Below are positions 22,201 through 33,075 of a DNA stretch of 64,000 bases, piece by piece. Every line of letters starts with the position of its first letter. The stretch's first letter is position 1. Source of the DNA: Paraspadella gotoi (Eukaryota > Animalia > Chaetognatha); contig CM119265.1 of the NCBI GenBank assembly GCA_051294375.1, positions 25,255,132-25,319,131 on the forward strand, in the 5' to 3' direction. The position numbers and the translations under genes were made by a program. Under the pieces are notes generated by a model, which worked only from the letters and a program-made list of their open reading frames with translations, ran no database searches and was not told where the DNA came from.

Positions 22201-25200
22201 ATTGACAGAGGCAAGTGGGTTCTCTCTCTCTCTTTCCCCCTGTGTCTCACAGATAATTTCCCGGGCGGCGATTTTAAAGATTTGATGTTTTTTAAATCAA
22301 CCAAAAAAAAGATTGAATTAAAATCTACGAGGTCATGTGACATTTCAAGGTCACGTGATGGCGCAACATTTGCGTCGGAAACTAAAATGCGACGCGAAAA
22401 GATTTTAAAAAAGCGGGAAGGCTTCTGTAGGACAGATTTATGAGGAAGAAGGAGAGATTTATGAAGAAGAGGAAGGATTTGCGCTGGGAAAAGGATGAAT
22501 TTTGGAGAACGGCGGGATTAAGTAAGACAGGAGAGAATCCAATTGAGGAAAAAAAAGTAGGGATTAAGATGCCAAGTTTAAATACATCAGATTAAAATCT
22601 ATAACGTTAATTAATACATAGATTTCCTTTCCACACCGAAATATTTTTTTTACAATTAAATTCCTTTTTCTTCACTTTTAATTGCGTTTGTAGAAACTTT
22701 TAGCGAAGCTGTGAATGTGGCCAGTCTTTTACAATCCCATCATTTGTGGCGTGGGCGCGAACTAGCGGGCCAACGAGAGTCGACGCCAAGGTGAAAGCTC
22801 CGGTGGGCGGGTCTCTTTTATGGGCGACAGTGGGCGGGGCCAATAGTGGCCGGAATGACGGTGTAGGGAAAATTAGTAAGAAAATCTGTGGCGTTGATGA
22901 CGCGAATTAAATGACGCACTTTGTGGCGCGAATTAAAAGCTACGGTTTTTAGGGATTCCCAGCTGTAAGGGAGTTTAGTGTATTTACATTTACTGTCTAA
23001 AATAGTCAAATCTAATTGTTAAACCTTTAATTTAACCCTTAATGTAAAAACTAATTTAATTCCGAATTTAATATGAAATAAAACGTTTTTGGAAAAAAGG
23101 CCAAAATCTCCATAAAATGGATTAAACGGTTCGATGCGATGATAAGTCAAGGGGTCATTCGCTTTGTCGCGTGATGAGAAAAATCGATTCAACGGGAAAA
23201 ACGAAACAAAGAAACAATGAGGAAAACAATGAAATAAAAAAAAACGAATCAGAAGGGAAACTGGTAGAGAAATTATCGACTGAAAAAAAAACTCGGAAAA
23301 AAAGATATTGAAAGGCGAATGTAGAAAAAAATCAACCGCGGTCTTATTATAACACTAATGTAATGAATCATTATGAATCATTATAGATATTGTTATAGTT
23401 ATAGATATAGTTATAGATCAGGCGTTGTTGTCGTCACAAAGTTTTGTTCTTATTTGAAATGTTGTAAATTAACGAATTTTCTCAAGCCCGAGTTTTTGAG
23501 ACCCTCGGCTCAAAGAATTAGGTAGTTTAATTTTGATTCATTTTATATCAACTAGGTACTTAAAAAGAAATGACAAAGACAAAAGCCTTTGTTTAGAAAC
23601 AAAGCGAGAGTAGGTTATAACGAACTTGTTACATAAATCCAAAACAATAATAAAACGATAGACTTGAAGATAAAAAATGTTAAAATGTTAATAATAATAA
23701 TAATTAATAATCATAATAATAATAATAATTTATTTTAACGTCAAAGGAGAGAAAATAATATATTTTTTGGCTTATATTACGAATGATCATATTTTAAAAA
23801 CATAAAAAGAGAGAAGAAAGCCGACGACGACGAAGGCTTCACTGAAGTTCGGTGAGAGTCACCAGAGTGAAACTTTTAAGTTTTCTTTCGCAATCAACCT
23901 TCTGAAATGGATAAAATCTTCATGTTTCATAGTAGTCGCGCTTCTTTGTATCTTTTTATGGCGAGATTTTACTTTCGCCGACCGCGGTTTTGGCGCCTTT
24001 GTTACAACAAATATAACATTATTCATTCATTCATTCATATAATCTTTTTAAAAATAGGTTAAAGTTTATCTAAATCGTCTTAAATTTTTCAACTTCTATC
24101 CGAGAAGAAAGTCACGCCTCCCGTTAGAAAAAAAGAATTCTGACCGTAACACCCGGTAGCTCGTTACAAGATTTTCGGGACTTGAGCGAAAGACGTGGGC
24201 GGGTTAATGGATGGTAAGTCACGAGTGATGGACTCATTATCGGGAAGGTGGGTAGAGTAAGGGTAAGGGAAGGAAAGACCCAGAGTTGGAAGACAATAGA
24301 CGAGGAAAGGAAAGGAAAGAAAAGGAAAGTAGCAAAAAAACAAGAACCTTCTCATCAAGCCTCACGTACCGGTACCGCGGTGTAATTTAGAGAAGGAAGT
24401 TCGATTGCTTGTATTCATGCAATCGAGTTATATTGATAAAACCATTTAATGTCAAATACGGTTCGATTTCAAAATAGGATCATACATCAGAACCCTTCAG
24501 TCGATAATCGAAGGAAGAAAACCTCCGCATATTTTGAAAGTTTAAAACCATCAAAATCTGGAGCGGGCGTTAGGGGGTCGGTTGATTCTGTCCTGGCGGG
24601 AAAAGACTATCGACGAAGATCACGATAATGAGGAGGCGGAACCGGGATGCGTGATGTAATCCGAAATTCGATGGGAGTGCCTCGCGCGGAATTTCGAAAC
24701 GATTCTCAAAATTAACCGGGCATTTTTTTGGTCATAAAATTGCCGACTAATAGTGATAATAATAACGTTATGTAGTCGGGCATTGCCTAGGTTCACCCCG
24801 CCTAGAATCATGACACTTTCAGTTGTGACCCGGTGGCTGATTGAGTAAAGCCATCAGCTCATTGAGTAAAGCCATCAGCTCCCAACCCGGTACCTACCCT
24901 GCGGGAAGCGTGAGGACGGCCGTAAGCCGCCTTGGGGGCATGGCAAACCCTCAAGCCTGGTTCCAAGCCCAGGGACCCGTTCCATAGCTACTAGAGGGGG
25001 TTATGGAAGTTACGGACAGTCATCTTCAGCCCACGTAGCGCCTTATCCACAGTTATAGCGTTAAAAAGAACAAATAGTGAAAAAAGAAAGTTGTAGTACT
25101 CGTAGCTTAAAAAAAAGGACAACGGGAGGATATTGACCTTTTACGCACTTTAAAACAGGACAAAGACTCTTTAAGACCTTAGACAATTGAGAGGTTGCAG

Positions 25201-28200
25201 GGCGAACGGATGCCCTAGAGACGATGGCGATTCTCGATGGATCTACGAAGGAGGAAAAAGTAGGGTAAAGTTGGGGGGAAAGGGGGGTTATTATATGATG
25301 AGGGGGAGGGGGAGAGAGAGAGAGGAAACCTTTTCCAGAGAAGCGAGAGAAGGTAGAATAATTGGGGAGGCGGAAAAAAAAGATTAATAGAATGGAATAA
25401 GAAATAATAATAAAGTTAAAAGGGAAAACTATGTCCTAAGTATAAACTTGAGTATAGAAAGGGAAGGACAGACAACCGGGATGAGATCAAGAAAAATGTA
25501 GGGTAAGGATAACAGCGGATCTTTCAAGCCCGGTTCACATGACAAGAAAGGACGAATTGTGAAGCGATTGAGACGAGAAAATAGCTTGGTGACGGAAGAG
25601 GCTGTGAGAAAGAGTGAGAGGGAGAGAAGGGGAGAGGGGTGAGAGAGAGAGTGAAACAAAGGAATGAACTGGGTTGACTCAAAAGTAGGAAAAAGCCAGG
25701 GGGCCCGGAGAGAAAGGGGGAAAACAAAACAAAAAAGAATGGTTAAACCACAAAAAATCGGGTGATCTGGAAAACATGTGAAAACCTTTCACGCTTCGTG
25801 AACCCCAGGAAACTCGAGTGGCCAAACGGAGCGAAAGGAAGAAAGTTATCAAAAACTTTGATCTTTTCCACAAAAGAAAACAAAAATCCGGCGAAGAAAG
25901 AAAAAAAAAACAAAAGATTCGGTTCAAAGATAAGAAAACAGAGAGAGAAGTTTTTGCTTGGGCGACTGGCGGTTTACTTCTCTAGAGAGGGGAGGAGGGA
26001 GAAGGGAGCGGAAACTGGGGGGGGTGAGGGAAGTCGACTCTCGAGTGTGAAAAAAATAAATCGAAAGACAAGACGAGTCGGGGTGAGAGGGAGGCGAAGC
26101 GAGAAGGGAGAAGCAAAGACGGGGAGTCGAAGATAAGGGAAAAACTCTCTCGAAGAAAAAAAAAGATTCTTTCATTTTAAACGATTATTCTAACCGATAA
26201 TGACGCCTTTCGAGAAAAAAAAAAGAAAAGGAAAACCGTAAAAAATACGAAGCTAAATAGTGAATGAGGAAACTCGGGTCTGCTCTCTTTTTGTTTACAA
26301 GAAAAAGCCTCATTGTTTAAACTGTTAATTGATGTCTTTAACCCTTGGCAGTTCTGCACCGCTCGTAGAAGGTTGTTTTTAACCCCGTAATTTAAGTTTT
26401 TTTAAAAGACATATTGCCATGTATTTTTAAATAATAAGTATATAAAAATACGTTTTAAACCGATCTAAATAATATTAATATGATTATAAGACTAGAAACA
26501 GAAATCATTCGTCACCCTCTCCCCGACCTTCTGTTATTTCTGTATCTCTATCGATTTTCGCGTCATCTCACGTCTTTTGGCTGTGAACCCATTCGCGACG
26601 TGACTGTATCACGTGACACGTTTCGCTTCGTGATTTAGTCACGTGACGTACGAATGACATCCGCTCGTCGTCTAACGTTCGTTTCAAGTTTATCGATTTC
26701 GTGCCTCGAGTTCCCATCTCAACGTAAAATCGGAGACAAGAGTACAACTTTTGAATCAATGTCTCTTTAACATACATAGATTACATACATATTGAGGGAG
26801 TAAACATGAGATTTAATAAGTAACTTAGGTGAATTAAAAAGTCAACGCTCGTAGTTTTATCATGGTGACCAGTGACCACGTATGTACTAAAAACCATTCT
26901 ATTTAGAGATAACTTTGTTTGAAAAGTAAAAGAGTTTTATTTTGGTTGTTTTTTCATTAAGTTTCAACAACGATTATTATTTAATATCGGTCATGTTTCG
27001 GTTATTATTGCAAACCTTCATCAGCGCAAAAAAAATGATATAGCGATAACATAATACTTAAGGGAGTGGGCTTTTCATACAAATGAAACATTCTTTGAAA
27101 CATTATACCACTTCAATGGTAGGGAAGGCAGGTACTCTGGGAGTGAATAAACGAGTCTGCGAGAGAGTCTTGATTGAAAGCTTGCAGGGACCTGCTATGT
27201 CATTATCTAGTAAGAGTGATGGAAGCCTTGACAAAAGCCTGTCCAAAAGTAAGGGAGGGAAAGATCAGGCCATTTAAAACTTCTTTTTGTCATTAAATCC
27301 ACAAATGAACCGCAATGTCCGCCTACCAATCCCCTGCCCCACCTTTTCCCTTCACCCTCGAATAGAAAAGTCATTAAGAACTTACCTAATCGGGCGTCGA
27401 AATGGTCCGGCGCCGTATGGACAAAGGTAAGGAGAAAGGGTGAGGAATTGTTGGCCAGACGACAAAGATTTTCGTTGTTAATGAGGTATTTGAAGGCGTG
27501 GGGATTAACTGCGGGAGAGAGAGAGAAAAATTCATGAATAACCATGTAGAAGTTGATGCCGTAAATATTAATACTAATACGATGGGTAATTATGCGTGAT
27601 AAAAATATTATTACTACGAAAAAGGTAAAATTTAAAAATTAATATAATATAAAAAGTTTAAAATATTTTACATAATTTTACAACGAGTTAAAACTTGGAG
27701 CGAGAGAAAAGTAAACGGGCTAAATGTTTGAGTCCGTATTCACGCGACTCCTAATATTGGGCTCCAACCCAGACAACTCCGATCCATTCATCGCTACTTA
27801 AGGGATTCGAAGGGTAATTGAACCGATAGCGCCACTGTGCTCCTATTTGCGCCGATGCGTCGCTGTACTTCAGTAATAAGGAGACCGACGCAAGTCCCCA
27901 GAAAAAATAAAAAGTATGTTAGTTGAAACCTCGGCCATGTTTTTTTTTTTAAATATTTGTATCATTAAAACTTCTCGTTATAACTTAGTTCATCAAAGTA
28001 AAACACTCCACTGAACAAAAAACAATACACAAGCTCACAATTCCCTCCTCACCACATCCATCCCACAAACTCGACAACCACAGTCAGAACCCTTCGTGCC
28101 TCGAGCCACAACCCGACGGCGCTAAGACCCGTTTTCTCGTTATTAGTTTTAAACTCGGTTCAACGTTGACAAAATGACTCCCGTCGGACCGTAAATATTG

Positions 28201-28716
28201 CATCAAGAGCGACGGGAGAAAATTATTATTATTTTTTTTAAAATATCTATTTCGCTTCGTTATTCCGCTGATTAAAACTCAATTTATGGCACCGAACGAG
28301 AAAAACATTCGTCTATGAAAAGAAGGAAAGTATTTAACATGAAATTATTTTAATTAATTCAAAGTCTTTAATTCTTTGCGACGAGCGTCTCTAAATTACT
28401 TTATTTGGTTAAAATATTGATTATAAATTTCAAAGGAGAAATAACATTGCGTTGAAAAAGATTTATAATTCTCTCCATTACCTATCTTTAAGAATGCTTT
28501 TTTTAAGTAGAGTAATAAAATAATTTTTATTAAATGATGAAATACAAATGGAAAAAAAAATAGATTGACGTTACCTGGACGAGGTTTTTGATTTGAAGAG
28601 ATTTGCTGGTTTCGCATAAAATTCACGATGGGATTTCTGAGAAATAAGGGTTTGAAAGAGAAGGCGATAACAAATAGCGCAAATATCAACCACAAATATC
28701 TTATGAGCAATCTCAT
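10083..28716 (-). CDS. Beta-1,3-galactosyltransferase-like glycosyltransferase (CAZy GT31, Galactosyl_T domain), 9 coding exons, ~366 aa, type II membrane protein
   Basis: Exons 28716-28575, 27508-27386, 21088-20932, 16812-16695, 16092-16018, 11778-11604, 10694-10556, 10319-~10235, 10168-10083. Introns 1-7 are GT-AG with phases 1,1,2,0,0,1,2. GT31 motifs: ARLAIRNTWG, GDIVQETFHDSYRNLTLK, YVLKIDDDIFVN (DxD), YPPYCSGSAYIMS, FWVDDFYITG, MYELW. Confidence 0.93.
10235..10319 (-). CDS. GT31 exon 8 (3' boundary uncertain)
   Basis: Acceptor ttcgcgcag|; (K)IMYELWEKLVPRMTGRRLPANWRTFVTP, then runs into (CT)n with no donor present in this copy. Confidence 0.75.
10556..10694 (-). CDS. GT31 exon 7
   Basis: Acceptor ctcaccag|; GLLAGKAGANYQRFNSVYEI...SIFGHLTKNK; donor AA|GTCAGT, phase 2. 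Confidence 0.85.
11604..11778 (-). CDS. GT31 exon 6
   Basis: Acceptor cactag|; VVREPKSKWFISKSEFAEDFYPPYCSGSAYIMS...FWVDDFYIT(G); donor G|GTGAGA. Confidence 0.95.
13798..14439. repeat. Minisatellite, 16-18-bp unit cacacgggattcctcc(c), ~35 copies
   Basis: Directly visible tandem array; it accounts for the overlapping ORFs at 13693-14500. Confidence 0.95.
15556..15753 (+). mobile_element. ~290-bp repeat family, internally deleted copy 1
   Basis: tacctaccctgcgggaagcatgagg...ggcctggaaaaccctcaag...cccgttccattgctgc matches copies 2 and 3. Confidence 0.7.
16018..16092 (-). CDS. GT31 exon 5
   Basis: Acceptor gtacag|; HLRNIDRYGVGQANLVLCNLWIKMK; donor AAG|GTGAGA; 75 nt, phase 0/0. Confidence 0.87.
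16182..16390. mobile_element. MITE family 1 copy
   Basis: gggatctatttttccacagcaccccgtttc ... gaaatggggtcttctgggaagataagacc, with a taacc-like interior. Confidence 0.6.
16695..16812 (-). CDS. GT31 exon 4 (DxD motif)
   Basis: Acceptor ctcccgcag|; NLTLKAIAGLKWVTNYCRGARYVLKIDDDIFVNTFSLLR; donor |GTGAGT. Confidence 0.95.
17186..17385 (+). mobile_element. HINE-like element, short independent copy in GT31 intron 3
   Basis: tcgcggagcaact followed by a cggt/ctgt microsatellite, (catgt)n and cggcgcaacacattggaattacctttctcgtt. Confidence 0.6.
18600..18948. repeat. Minisatellite, ~43-bp unit gggtacaaaaaggtttaagaggggaagggaagaggaaaa..., ~8 copies
   Basis: Directly visible tandem array. Confidence 0.92.
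19066..19340 (-). mobile_element. ~290-bp GC-rich dispersed repeat (SINE-like or LINE 5'UTR-like), copy 2
   Basis: The reverse complement aligns over its length with 24773-25050 (gggcattgccta.gttca...gggaagcgtgaggacggccgtaa...gcgccttatccac). Confidence 0.75.
20932..21088 (-). CDS. GT31 exon 3
   Basis: Acceptor cccctccag|; AIRNTWGNVTIFRDTRIVFMMG...GDIVQETFHDSY(R); donor AG|GTTGTT. Confidence 0.93.
21220..21678. repeat. Degenerate pyrimidine-rich minisatellite (tttccatcacc.../tttccattaccccct...)
   Basis: Recurring ~17-bp subunits with higher-order block repeats. Confidence 0.8.
24773..25050 (+). mobile_element. ~290-bp GC-rich dispersed repeat, copy 3
   Basis: Homologous to 19066-19340, 15556-15753 and 61141-61225; internal duplication of attgagtaaagccatcagctc. 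Confidence 0.75.
27386..27508 (-). CDS. GT31 exon 2
   Basis: Acceptor ctctctcccgcag|; (V)NPHAFKYLINNENLC...FLLTFVHTAPDHFDARL; donor G|GTAAGT. Confidence 0.92.
   Translation of the reverse strand, partial: LIPTPSNTSLTTKIFVVWPTIPHPFSLPLSIRRRTISTPD
28575..28716 (-). CDS. GT31 exon 1b: short cytoplasmic tail, TM anchor and start of stem
   Basis: ATG at 28716; MRLLIRYLWLIFALFVIAFSFKPLFLRNP...KPRP; donor CCAG|GTAACG is phase 1, matching exon 2. Confidence 0.75.
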
Positions 28717-28786
28717 TTCCAAACGAATTTTTAAGGTTTAGCGCGTATAAATAAACACCACGCTGGTGCAGGGACAGTTTGTTATC

Positions 28787-28849
<63 letters not shown>

Positions 28850-29865
28850 GGTAAGAGTAAGAGAGGGCAAAAACAGGTCACTTGCAGTTCAAAATAAGGA
28901 CAATCAAATTAGCAGTTTTTTCCGACCCATGAAGGGTTTGCCCGCTCTTTCTTTTTTTCTCTCTCTCTCTCTCTCTCCATCTCTCACACACACGTTTTTT
29001 CCCTTGGATTTCCATCAATTTTTCCTTTTTTTTTTCTCCTTAATCTGAAAAAATGAAACCCAGAAGCCCTCTACCCTCAACGACTTTATCCCTAAAGCAT
29101 CGGGTGAATCGATGGCCTCATCTCTTCCTTACCGAATGCAATTCCATTCTCGTCCCAAGGAAATTTGTCTCCGACTACGAAAACTTGTTCGACCCCTCCC
29201 CTTCGTCCCATTCTCACAAGCCCCCCCCCCTTCCCACTCTCCAAAGAGCCACCCTTCCCTCAATCGGGTCGTCAACCCTCGCTTACCCTCTTTCGGTACT
29301 CGTACTCAACTCGTTCGAGAATCAACACCACCTATGGCGCCGGAGGTAGCTCGAGCTCTTACCGACCCGAAAGGACTCGGGTTCGCGACCTGCTGATTCG
29401 CACAAGTAAGCGCGATGGGGCCAGAAGACTACAGCCCAATCCGTAGTCTTGTGAGCAACGGACGACGAACTGCTCGAGGTCTTCCAATCAATCGACCTTA
29501 ACAGAGACTTACTAACCCCCTACCCTTCCCCTACCCTTCCCCTACCCCCCTCCTCTTTCTCCCTTCTCTCCTAACCCCATTTCCGAATTTTCCTCCCCCA
29601 ATAATTTTTTCCCCTCTCTCTTTCCTTCTTTTCTCAAATCCTTAAATTTTTTAACTTTTTTTTAAGTTTTTAATTATGAAATGGATAGAAACTTATTATT
29701 ATTTTTATTTAATAAATAGCAAGCTATCTTGTTCCTGACTTTGGAAAAGCTATGGAGGGTTAACGTCCCCTTCCTTCTTATGAGATTTCAAGCAAGACTC
29801 CGACCCAATCTCGTTTAGAAACTCCCAGAGTTTAGTTTAGTTTAGTAACTCCCAGAGAACCTCAC

Positions 29866-29906
29866 TCGCTTCCCTATCAATGAAGTTACATAATATTTTT
29901 TCAACC
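29866..29906 (-). CDS. Putative 41-nt linker exon joining exon 1a to exon 2
   Basis: Follows a 90-nt intron with acceptor cttcttcttgcccctgataattttgatag|; reads (R)VEKILCNFIDREA; donor A|GTGAGG; converts phase 2 to the phase 1 that exon 2 requires. Confidence 0.4.
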
Positions 29907-29996
29907 CTATCAAAATTATCAGGGGCAAGAAGAAGGGTAGTTGAATATCCTACAAGCATCTTGCCATCAATCAGCTTGTCATTCCAAAGGGCTCAC

Positions 29997-30208
29997 CTTC
30001 CCCTGCTATCCTCCGGCCGCGCGGCGAGGACCTCTCGTATCGTCCGGCCGTTTCCATCCGGCGCCGAGATCCGGACGAGATTGAGTCTGACTCCGGGAGA
30101 AGTCCAAAGGAGGAGAGATACGCAGAGGAATAGGAGGAGCGAGGCTGAAGCGGCTTTGGGGAGGGTGAGTCGCCTCCAGTGGAAGAATAGGCGGTGGGCG
30201 GAGATCAT
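29997..30208 (-). CDS. Putative alternative first coding exon 1a of the GT31 gene (type II TM anchor)
   Basis: ATG at 30208; MISAHRLFFHWRRLTLPKAASASLLLFLCVSLLLWTSPG... (basic tail then hydrophobic helix); GC-rich; strong donor GAAG|GTGAGC, phase 2. Confidence 0.65.
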
Positions 30209-31405
30209 GATGAAAGGAGGTGAGGAATTTGGGGATGGTAAGTGCGGCGGCGTCGGGAGCGGCGTCAGTGACGACGACGCCGCTGACGACGAAGATCGCA
30301 AAACGCTCGATCACAAAACCGTGAGCTTAAATATTTCTAATCGTAGTTCACGCGGGCTTCCTCGTTGTTTGCTCTGTTCACGACCAGCATAGAGATAATA
30401 AGCCGATTGCGCGGGGAAAAAAAGAATCGCCTGTATCACGTACAGTAAAAAACCCGTCGCACCAAAAAACCGTCGCTCACGTTTTTTTCCTTCCAGGAAA
30501 AAAAAAATTTAGCGTTGATCGTAACGAAAATCGCGCGCCTCTCTCGGAACTAGAAAACGCGCGCCTGGCGCTAATTCGCGTCGAGGGTTCGAGCGCTGAT
30601 TCGATTAGCTGTCGTCGTTGTCGTCGAGTTGAGCTTTCGTCTCGTTTTCTCGTTTTATTTTTTCACGAGGTTTTGTTTTTTTTCTTCACTCTCTTTCGTA
30701 ATGTTTTGTCTCGACTGTCGAGGAGCGGAGAGAAGTCACACAAAACAAACGGCGGTCGGTGAAGCGATGAGATCACGCGGACGAGTGAGATATCACAGTC
30801 GGTTTTTGGGGGGGGCTGGAAATAAGGAGGCGCGAGACTATTTCCCCGTTCTTGTTTTGTCACAGATGGTCGCTGACAAGGAATTCACGATGATAAATTC
30901 CTTCGTTTTTGGAACCAAAAGTAAGTTTTTTCAACGGGCGAGTCGATCGTTTGTCCGAATGCCGTTGATGGAAAGAGGGCGTGGAGATGAACGAGGTCAC
31001 GTGACATGACGCGTCGTCGTCGTCGTCGAGATTGAACATCCGGGGAGAAGAGGAAGAGGAAGAGGAAACGACGATTTCTTTGAATATTTTTTTTTAATTT
31101 CGGGTTTGAATTCACATTTTGTTTTCATTTACGGTCAAGATTCAGTTGCCGGCCTTTTATTTTCGTTTGAATTCAAATCGTTTTCTGAAATTTAAAAAAA
31201 ATCTACATTAAAATGTCAAAAAAAATTAAACGTAATGCTAACGATAAAACTTATGTCTATATATCTTGAAGTGAAAAATCTTGTCGGGTGGAGATAACTT
31301 TATGAAAAAAATTCGACGAAGCGAAGACGACAGAAAACTCAGATAGCGCGATGTGTGTATGAACGAATGAAACGGGAAAAATGATATGAATGAGAGAGAG
31401 AGAGT

Positions 31406-31448
<43 letters not shown>

Positions 31449-33075
31449 TAGTTAATACTTTACATGATACAAACAAAATGCACAGAAACAAAGAACTTAA
31501 CAACTAATTAAAAAAAGTTTGTTTAGGTAAAGATGTAAAAAAAATTCTGGGAAATCCTAATGAATGGTTAAAATTACTTTAAGAATTCTAACTGCAACGA
31601 AAATATTTGAAAAAGAAAGTAATACAAAATAAAATCGTGACAAAGAAATTGTGAAATTGGATACGTAAGAAAAGTCGACATGGGAGAAGTGAAAAGACGA
31701 AGGGGAGGAGGAAGAGGAGGAGGAGGAGAACGAGACAGAAGAGGAAGAGACGGGGAATTTCTTGGAAATTCGCGTGGCTTGACTCCAAATCCTGAGAGAA
31801 TCGGAGAAAAAATACTACGAAAATCGAAAATGAGCGGGAAAAAAAGGTTGAGAGAAAAAAGAATAGAATGTTGTGCAGAGAGAGAGAGACGGAGAGAAGT
31901 AGAGCAAGAGAGAGAATATTTGCAGATTGGAAGACTAGATGAGTTTTTGTGTGAGAGAGAGATGAGAGAGAGAAATCAAACTTTTGACTTTTCATTTGTA
32001 CGTTTTTCATGAATAAATATCGCTGTTTGTTAACAAAGAAAAAAGATATTTTATACAAATCTTATTGTACGATATCCCAAGTTTCGCTTCTTCTGTATCT
32101 ATAATAATTCCAAACAAGTATTGATCATTTGTGAAATAAAACAATTACGTTTATATTATTTTTTATTCACTCTTACATTTTTCGATTTTAGAGCAGCGAT
32201 GAAATTTTCGAGCACTCAAGGTAAACAGTGACTTCAAGGAAACAAGTTTAAACATAATAGTAATTGCATCTTTGTGATTAAAACTTTAAAAGAATACGAT
32301 AATTGTGTCTTTTTCAATTTCTGATGAGGCTCGACCAACTCCACTCCCAATATACGTAAAAAAATTACGTAATTGCGAGTGAGTCATTGTCAAAGTTAAA
32401 AAAGAAAAGCAAAACAACAATTTGAAATGTTTAAATTTTTTATTCTGTAAAAAAAGACTCGAGTTTTTTGAACGAACTTTGTACTTGTAACTAAAAGAAA
32501 AGCGGAAATAAAGAAATAACAAAGATTCTTTCTCTCTGCCTGTCGATCTNNNNNNNNNNNNNNNNNNNNNNNNNNNNNNNNNNNNNNNNNNNNNNNNNNN
32601 NNNNNNNNNNNNNNNNNNNNNNNNNNNNNNNNNNNNNNNNNNNNNNNNNNNNNNNNNNNNNNNNNNNNNNNNNNNNNNNNNNNNNNNNNNNNNNNNNNNN
32701 NNNNNNNNNNNNNNNNNNNNNNNNNNNNNNNNNNNNNNNNNNNNNNNNNNNNNNNNNNNNNNNNNNNNNNNNNNNNNNNNNNNNNNNNNNNAAAATTATC
32801 CATAGTCAGCGCTTAACTGAAGAAGGAAAAAAGATGGAAAATCAGTTCATCTTCTCAGCAAAAAAAAAGAGAAAATTATATATATAAAAAAAAAGATATA
32901 TAAATATTTTTTTTCTTTTCAAACGCAGAGGGATTTCTTTTTTCTCACGTTTTCTGAATTTATAATTTTATAATCTTTTTTATTTCCCTCTTTTTTATTT
33001 TAGTTTCCTATTTTTTTATGTCTTTTGTTATTTTTTATCCTTTTCTTCGGTTTCCTCCTCGCGAGAGATTAACCG

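Larger units (their letters stand above)
27544..33060. repeat. Tandem segmental duplication, copy A (~5.5 kb, includes N-gap 32550-32790)
   Basis: Colinear direct match to 33076-38808, from tgtagaag.tgatg.cgtaaatat to ttcgg(t)ttcctcctc. Confidence 0.95.

Noticed and set aside
32321-32345. CTGATGAG hammerhead-like start (also at 38041, and on the minus strand at ~54995)
   Set aside because: There is no properly placed GAAA, stem III or NUH cleavage triplet.
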